A DNA stretch of 64,000 nucleotides, taken from Tubiluchus corallicola. Its lineage: Eukaryota; Animalia; Priapulida. The notes under the pieces were generated by a model. The model ran no database searches, was not told the DNA's origin, and worked only from the letters and a program-made list of their open reading frames with translations. The DNA lies in assembly GCA_030141605.1 (NCBI GenBank), contig JAQGDQ010000004.1, positions 2,156,517 through 2,220,516 on the forward strand, read 5' to 3'. A program made the position numbers and the translations under genes. This document shows, one piece after another, positions 44,100 to 64,000 of the stretch. Numbering within the stretch: position 1 is the stretch's first letter; every line of letters starts with the position of its first letter.

Positions 44100-46856
44100 C
44101 TAATTCTGCCTTCTGTACCTTTTTCCAAATATATCAAGAAGTTCTTAATAAACATGCCCCACTTAAGACATTGTCAAGAACTGAAAAAGTAACTTTCTCC
44201 AAGCCATGGTTAACTAAAGGTATTCTTGTGTCAATAAAAACTAAAAGTAGATTATACTGACTGTAAGACTACAACTAGTATCTTAAAAATTAATCAATAT
44301 AAACAATTTTCTAATAAACTTAATCATCTCATAAATTTAGCCAAAAGAAATTATTATTGTACTTTACTACACGATAATAAAACTAATATTAGAAAGACTT
44401 GGGCAACATTGAATGATTTGATCAATGGACAAAACAAGCAGCGCACAACTCCAACCAAACTAGTAATAAATCATGCTGAGATTACGGAACCCCTGCTATC
44501 TGTGAATTCATGAATAATTATTTTGCATCGGTTGGTTCTGATATGGTAAAAAAAGTACCACCTACTCCAATAACATTTGATTCTTTCCTTAGAATGCCTA
44601 ATCAGAACTCCTTTTTTGCGCCAATTATCGAGTATGAAGTTTCTTCTGCTATTGCTGCACTAAAAACCAATAAGTCAGCAGGACCCGAAAACATCTCGAA
44701 TCAATTTTTTAAAATTTCACAGTCCATTATTACTCCATTATTAACTATGCTGTTTAATAAATGTGTAGAAGAGGGTATCTATCCTGACGTGTCGAAAACT
44801 GCAAAAATAATCCCGATTTACAAATCTGATTCTCCCATTAATCCCACTAATTATAGGCCAATATCTCTCTTATCTCCAATATCAAAGATTTTTGAAAAAT
44901 TAATTTACTCTAGGCTAGCTAAATTTCTTTTAAAAGAACAAATTTTAACTAAATTCCAATTTGGATTCAGAAAAAATCATTCTACATCTTTAGCTGTGTC
45001 AGAAATAATTGAAAACTTTCTTGCGAATATTGATAAGGGGAAAACTACTTGTGCTATATTTTTAGATTTATCGAAAGCATTCGACACGGTACAACATGAC
45101 ATTTTGTTATATAAGTTATCATACTATGGTATCAGGGGACGTCCTCTTGCGCTTTTCACGTCTTACCTTACTAATAGGAAACAGTTTACGTCTATTGACT
45201 CATCGGAATCTAAACTCGCTGATATAACCTGTGGTGTCCCACAGGGTTCTACATTGGGTCCATTGTTATTTCTTTTATATATTAACGATCTGCCATCTTG
45301 TTCGCAATTTAACACCAGATTGTTTGCAGACGATACAAACTTATTTTTATCACACCAAAATATCAAAACATTAGAACATTCAGTAAATGTGGAACTGGAC
45401 AATATCAATAAATGGATGCAAGCAAATAAGCTATCGATAAATTATAAAAAAACTAAATATATGTTAATTGGAAACAAGCAACATAACAATAGTTTAAACA
45501 TAAATATGGGAGGTTGTAATATTCAATCTACACAAGAAATCAAATATCTTGGCATATTTATAGATAGTAGAATTACTTGGAAAACACATGTACAGCATAT
45601 AGTCAACAAAATTAGCAAATTAAGTGGAGTATTAGCTAGAATACGACACTACATAAATGTAGATGCACTACGGCTCTTATATTCTTCTCTTGTCATGCCA
45701 TATCTGAGTTATGGCATTCTCGCCTGGGGTAGTGCTTCAGCATCAGTCTTAAAATCATTGGTTTCTAAACAAAACAAGATTATCAAACTTATAACATTTA
45801 CTAGCAAAAGGGAACATGTAACACCTTTGTATTTGCAATTAAATCTACTAAAAGTATATGATCTGTATAAATTAGAATTGCTCAGGTTTGTACATAAATT
45901 CAAAAATAATTCACTTCCGGATCTCTTCAGCAATTATTATACTTTAGCATGTCACATGCATCACCACTCTACTAGGTTTGCTACTACCCAATCTTATTTT
46001 ATTGAAAGATTTAACTCATCTAAAGGCCAGAATTCTTTAAAACGCCAAGGATCTTTGCTGTGGAATTCATTATCAGACCAGTTAAAGTCAAGTAACTACA
46101 AAAAGTTAATTCTAAACTATAAAAAACAACTTATTGCAGGATACAAATGAATGAGACATTTTACTTATGTACTTGTTATACTATACATATTTTTTTCATT
46201 GGTACGACACTTAAAGATTTTGTTTAAGTTTTTGTTATATTTTGATTCCATTTTGTCTGATTTACAGTTGAAATAGTTTTTCGATGGTTTAATTTATTAT
46301 ATTTTCTTTCTCGACAAATTCAGTCATTGATGTTATTACTACAACATTTCAGTTTTGTTTTTTTTTATTTGCTTCTGTTTCTTATTTTGTTTTGTATGAT
46401 TTATAGTTGCCTTTTTTCCTTGGTTTAATCTATTATATTCTTTTTCTCGACAGCTTTGGTTGATCATTCTACTGTTTTATGTTTTTTTGCCGGATTTTTT
46501 AGTTAATGCTCAAATTATGCATTTTCTGTTATGTTAAAAATCTCAAGTTATTTTTATCGTGTTTGCTTTGCATGATTCACAGTATTTTTGAATTGTAAAT
46601 CTTTCGTTATTTAAACTATATGTTCTACAGTATTACGATACCTATCATTTAATTGCCAAATACACACATCAGCCGAATATAAATTTAAATTGATAACGAT
46701 GCCATAATTAAGTTTATTTAATCATAGCTATTTAAGGGTGGCTGACTTGATAACCTACGGGTTCTTCGCTGCCCTTCTCCTTTGCTTCAAAATATTGCAT
46801 GTATTCTACTGTATTTTTATCATTCTAGCGGAGATAATAAATAAATTGAATTGAAT
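44100..46856 (+). mobile_element. 5'-truncated CR1-group (L2/Crack/Daphne-like) LINE with 3' UTR and (TTGAA)n tail
   Basis: Disrupted linker coding KHAPLK...PWLTKGI at ~44150-44500, then an open RT ORF at 44510-46150, a T-rich 3' UTR, a stem-loop near 46735-46780 and the terminal AATAAATAAATTGAATTGAATT. No endonuclease domain is visible. Confidence 0.9.
44510..46150 (+). CDS. Non-LTR retrotransposon reverse transcriptase (partial ORF2), 546 aa
   Basis: Motifs KSAGPENI, NYRPISLLS, QFGFR, FLDLSKAFDTV, GVPQGSTLGPLLFLLYINDL, LFADDT, KYLG and LWNSL. Confidence 0.93.
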   Translation: MNNYFASVGSDMVKKVPPTPITFDSFLRMPNQNSFFAPIIEYEVSSAIAALKTNKSAGPENISNQFFKISQSIITPLLTMLFNKCVEEGIYPDVSKTAKIIPIYKSDSPINPTNYRPISLLSPISKIFEKLIYSRLAKFLLKEQILTKFQFGFRKNHSTSLAVSEIIENFLANIDKGKTTCAIFLDLSKAFDTVQHDILLYKLSYYGIRGRPLALFTSYLTNRKQFTSIDSSESKLADITCGVPQGSTLGPLLFLLYINDLPSCSQFNTRLFADDTNLFLSHQNIKTLEHSVNVELDNINKWMQANKLSINYKKTKYMLIGNKQHNNSLNINMGGCNIQSTQEIKYLGIFIDSRITWKTHVQHIVNKISKLSGVLARIRHYINVDALRLLYSSLVMPYLSYGILAWGSASASVLKSLVSKQNKIIKLITFTSKREHVTPLYLQLNLLKVYDLYKLELLRFVHKFKNNSLPDLFSNYYTLACHMHHHSTRFATTQSYFIERFNSSKGQNSLKRQGSLLWNSLSDQLKSSNYKKLILNYKKQLIAGYK

Positions 46857-47068
46857 TCAGGTTTATTTGCACAAAAACATACAATGTACATTGGCAAAGT
46901 AATACGCGTTAAATACTACATAAACCGAAAAAAATCATAGTAGGCTGTGTGTGAAGTTATTTTCATAGATAAATGTTAAGATATGGCATACTGATACTAA
47001 AAATAAAAATCACACTCAGTTACATAAAAATTGTATAATTTAGCAATGGAAAAAGAAAAATGACTCAG
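46853..47068 (-). mobile_element. 3' end of a minus-strand retroposon, also present split at 16661-16727 and 18245-18392
   Basis: Shares TTTATTTGCACAAA..ATACAATGTACATTGGCA with the first piece and ACTACATAAA...AGGCTGTGTGT.AAGTTATTTT...CAGTTACATAAAAATTGTATAATTTA with the second. Minus-strand AATAAA plus an (AATTG)n-type tail. Confidence 0.75.
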
Positions 47069-49224
47069 AAAAGAAATCATAACCAGTAATACCATCGCAA
47101 GTTAGTGAATTCTTTTTCTCAGCATTTATACTAACAATGTCATACCAAACTTCTAGTGTGTTGTTAAAGGACTTTTACAAGTATATTGCTCAAGACTTCT
47201 TCCAAGATGCTTCTTAACACAATAGTAGAAATCAAAAACGCCTGCTTCTGCTCTGACTTTGATTCACGTCGCTTTATTGTCTTGTTCGTTACCGGTATTG
47301 GCATGGAAAGGGTTTTTTTTTGTTCTAGTCTCTAGTAACTCAAGTTTGGCGACTGTGCCTACACGACTACTAATCGATAAGTACTACTGTACCACAGTAT
47401 AAAAATTAAATGTCAATAACATTATAAAATTAAAATATTTTCCAGATAGTTTTATTTCACCAATTAGCTAATTTTTCAGCATTATTAGCCAGTAATGAAA
47501 AGTTTGTAATTTTAACGTAATTCAGAAATTTTTGCAGATTATTAGCTTATGTATTAAGAATAATTAGTTCCAGGGCTTTAACAGAACTGAAACACATACG
47601 AGAGTTCACTGAACCAGTGGACTCAGTTATAGTCCCTCGACAACAAGATAGGCAGACAAAACTCAATCCCTGTTAAAAGATCGGATGATACCAATATTAG
47701 TAGTGGCCTACACGCAAGAACTTTCAGAAAAGTCTTGCACTACAAAATATTTTGCGAAGTAAAAGAAATCCGTCAAATTTAAAATATAACTTTAGTTTTT
47801 GCTGCAGAAATCCTTAACGATTTAACAAGATCATAAAAATATTAAGATTACAACATTTCTTTATAACCGTTTATCAAGACTGATTAGTATAGTGTTATTA
47901 GTTAATATAATATAAATGAACAAATTTTGACAAACTTGCTTTTAGTCTCATACAGTAACTTTTTTTGCTTTATCATTAATAATAGTGAAATAAGGAGACA
48001 ACCCAAGAGCTGATACACACATTACAACAAACAGCAGTAAAAGCACAGGAGCAGTTTTCATATCAAAGAAAAACATGCAAAATATCCAAAAGTTTCTCAA
48101 CTATAAATAATTCAGTGACTGATAAAATATCTTTGCCCAGCAGCCACAACATACAGTAACTAAAGATATAAATTATGCATTTTACGACTTACTCAATTAT
48201 CATACCTTCACATATACCATTAATAATTGCATCATAAATGTAATTGTATCATAAATACAAAATACAACACTATATAACTTTAAATGTGGGGCCAGCTCAC
48301 GTATTTAAAATATTTGTATTAAAGTCACAGTAGTTTTGTACAAAATCCACTTAAGTAATGATAATTTATATTTACAGAGGAAAGAACAACTTTACTTATA
48401 GCAAATGGTGTTAAAATGTATCACAATTGCTGGATTAACTTTACTATATGACTGAGAAACCATTAACGTAAGAATTAGCCATTAGTCATGAACAAAATAT
48501 GCTCCAGGTCATGTAATATAACGAATGTAAAACCCCTACTGATGTGACAGCAATCACATGCAATTTTGTTATTTTTTTACCAATACACCAAGCAGAAAAA
48601 TCTGCATCATCAAGACCTTTATAACCACAGTTACCTGATTAGTTTAATACAACTACATCAAACCTACCACAAATATTTCTAAAATGAAAGAATAATTTTA
48701 TGTATCTCATAACAACAACATTTAATTACACATGTAACTATGAGCAACCAATGAACTTTAATATGAAGTTCTATAACATGCCTAAAATAGCAATAGGCAC
48801 ATATCGCACATCTTCATGATAGATGCATATTAAATACACATCTTATAATTCTTATTGCAATAAATTCGAGTTATATGTCAAACACTGATATAAAATTTGC
48901 ATGTACGTACAATATATGCATATTGTAAGCAGCACACAATTCAATATTCTTTCATCAGTATTAGACAGGCAGACGAATCTAAAAATTGAACGTTCGAAGT
49001 GGCATTATAAACATTCGATTCCATTTTTGACTGTCTGTAAGATATGAAAAATTGTAAAAAAAATTTGCACAGTTTTTTTGCCTTGAAAACCTTTAATTTA
49101 ATTCAATGCAATTGCTGATTAGGAAAACAAAATCTTTCAGTTGACTGTCGGCCTTAATAAATGTGCTGCTGTCACGTTAAATATCTTGTCCGTTTGTCCC
49201 ATTTTCTTGCTCAAAAATCAAAAT

Positions 49225-62352
<13,128 letters not shown>

Positions 62353-63229
62353 CATTCAATTTGTCAGTGCCACAACCTGTATGCAATGAAATAGGTTGAC
62401 ATATCTTTCATAGGAAACTAGAAAGTCTAGAACGAAAAAACTATCGCTGCATCAGAATTGATAAAACAATATAAAAATATGAATTTTCTATATTCAACAC
62501 CATTTTAGTAGGCATTGAGTAGGTTGAGCTTATCATTGGCCATAGATGGCATTGAGTGTGCCGCTCTCGTTGCACTTTTGAATTTACTTATAAATGTTCT
62601 CTGAAGCTATTATATTAGTTGGGAAATGATACAATGAATTAATCACATGATAACTAAAGACATTTTTCCATACATTAGTTCTAACTCTAGGACAAAAAAA
62701 TTTATCAGAATGTCCCCAAAGCCCACGAAAAGGACTAAAAAATACACCAGTATGCAGTATAGTATCACCATTTCAATATCTTATATGAATTTAAAAAAAT
62801 CAATTGACTACGTTTTTCTCCTAGAGAAGACACAGACGACAAACCAACATCATGAATTAAGCAAAGACAATGATTCTGAATTGCTTCGAGACCTTGAAAA
62901 TGAGTAATATACTACGGCGACTACACAACAGCAGCACATTCCAATAAAGAATGAACCAAGCTTTTATATAAAGGCAGAATGACAGATGAATCTCTGTTGA
63001 TTATGCCGACAAAATACTTCTGTTTCCGTCAAATCGCCCGGGTAATATTTTTTTATCGTGCACCCGGCTGAGAATTTATAATCTTTTTGTAAGATCATAT
63101 ACCTCCTTGACGCCGCAGTCATATAAAAGCGTATTTGTAATTCAAAACATAAAATGCAACAATTATTATAACATCATTCTTTTGGGGAACTTAAGGCACG
63201 GCCACATTTTTCCGCAGCTAACTTTCAGC

Positions 63230-64000
63230 CAGGATTGATTTTTTGTATAATGTTTTTCTCTCTTTCTCTTCAGACTTAATTATATTTTAAATGTCATTTA
63301 CCATCAACTTGTTGCAGTTAATATTATTAGAAGCATGTTATTTCTTTTTCCATTATCTTTTCTTAGTTGACTCATTAAGTTTATTAGGACCCATTGCTAA
63401 TGACGATGGGCTGTTAATGACACCAAGTTTCTAATGACATGGGCAGTTAATAGTCATTGACTATCCTGTAAGTTTTTTTCTGCCATTTAAAATTTTTGTT
63501 TCGGTCTAATTATATTCCTGGTTTATTTACAGAATCCACTTTCTACTGACTTGGTGCTGAATCTTGTAAATGAGTGTGTAAGGCTGATTTTTGATGCAAT
63601 CTCACAACGACTAAAGGTATATAGTTTTATTTAGTGAGAGAGGGTATTTACTACATTATGCAGTTTTGCTTTTATCATTTCATTTGTGTGCATTTCTGTG
63701 TCTTTCCTCTTCCCGTGATCAAGATTATTATCAATATCAGACTTTTAACATTAAACCTATGGAACATAGTTTTGTGTGCTGCTCGCTTATGTACCGGTGC
63801 TATGTCAGGTTCCAATCATTCAAACTTTTTGTTCGAAGCAGGATTGGACCCCTTTTCTATGCGCTTAAAATATTTCATTTATGTATCTTCTATAAAATTG
63901 TGAATCACTTAGCTCCCCAGTGCCTTTTTAATATTTTGCCTTGTATAAGGGATGTTACATTGTATCTAGTCTTTAATAATGAAAACTTTTTTAATTACAC
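63230..64000 (+). repeat. Right arm of inverted duplication, with a PHAF1 exon 3 copy at 63533-63616; open at the window edge
   Basis: TTTATTTACAG|AATCCACTTTCT...CGACTAAAG|GTATAT, with intact acceptor and donor on the + strand. Confidence 0.95.

Noticed and set aside
11310-46150. Reverse transcriptase plus DEDDh nuclease as a retron-like or defence system
   Set aside because: The RT is an ordinary truncated LINE ~30 kb from a spliced host gene, with no evidence of functional linkage.

Overview
This is an AT-rich, intron-rich metazoan window, most likely an invertebrate; it is not prokaryotic. Five spliced protein-coding genes can be rebuilt exon by exon with consistent intron phases: alpha-tubulin (+), a TREX1/2-like DEDDh 3'-5' exonuclease (-), GTPBP10/ObgH2 (+), ACMSD (-) and PHAF1/C16orf70 (-). 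Introns and spacers hold many transposons: CR1-group LINEs (one with an open 546-aa RT ORF), several hAT MITEs with exact target-site duplications (TSDs), an internally deleted hAT with a 5-bp TSD, a TGT..ACA element with a 5-bp TSD, an Academ-like remnant, a Tigger-like MITE and a tRNA-derived SINE. The main oddities are: (1) a near-identical inverted duplication of PHAF1 exon 3 and its flanks, bracketing the PHAF1 5' end and running off the window; (2) a splice acceptor 19-41 nt upstream of the start codon in four of the five genes, compatible with spliced-leader trans-splicing; (3) an NLS-like C-terminal tail and a chain of ATGA-overlapped uORFs on ACMSD; (4) a probable GC-AG intron and a ~170-aa insertion in the TREX-like gene. 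I cannot claim a clearly new biological system from sequence alone. All homology calls come from recalled protein motifs, not database searches.
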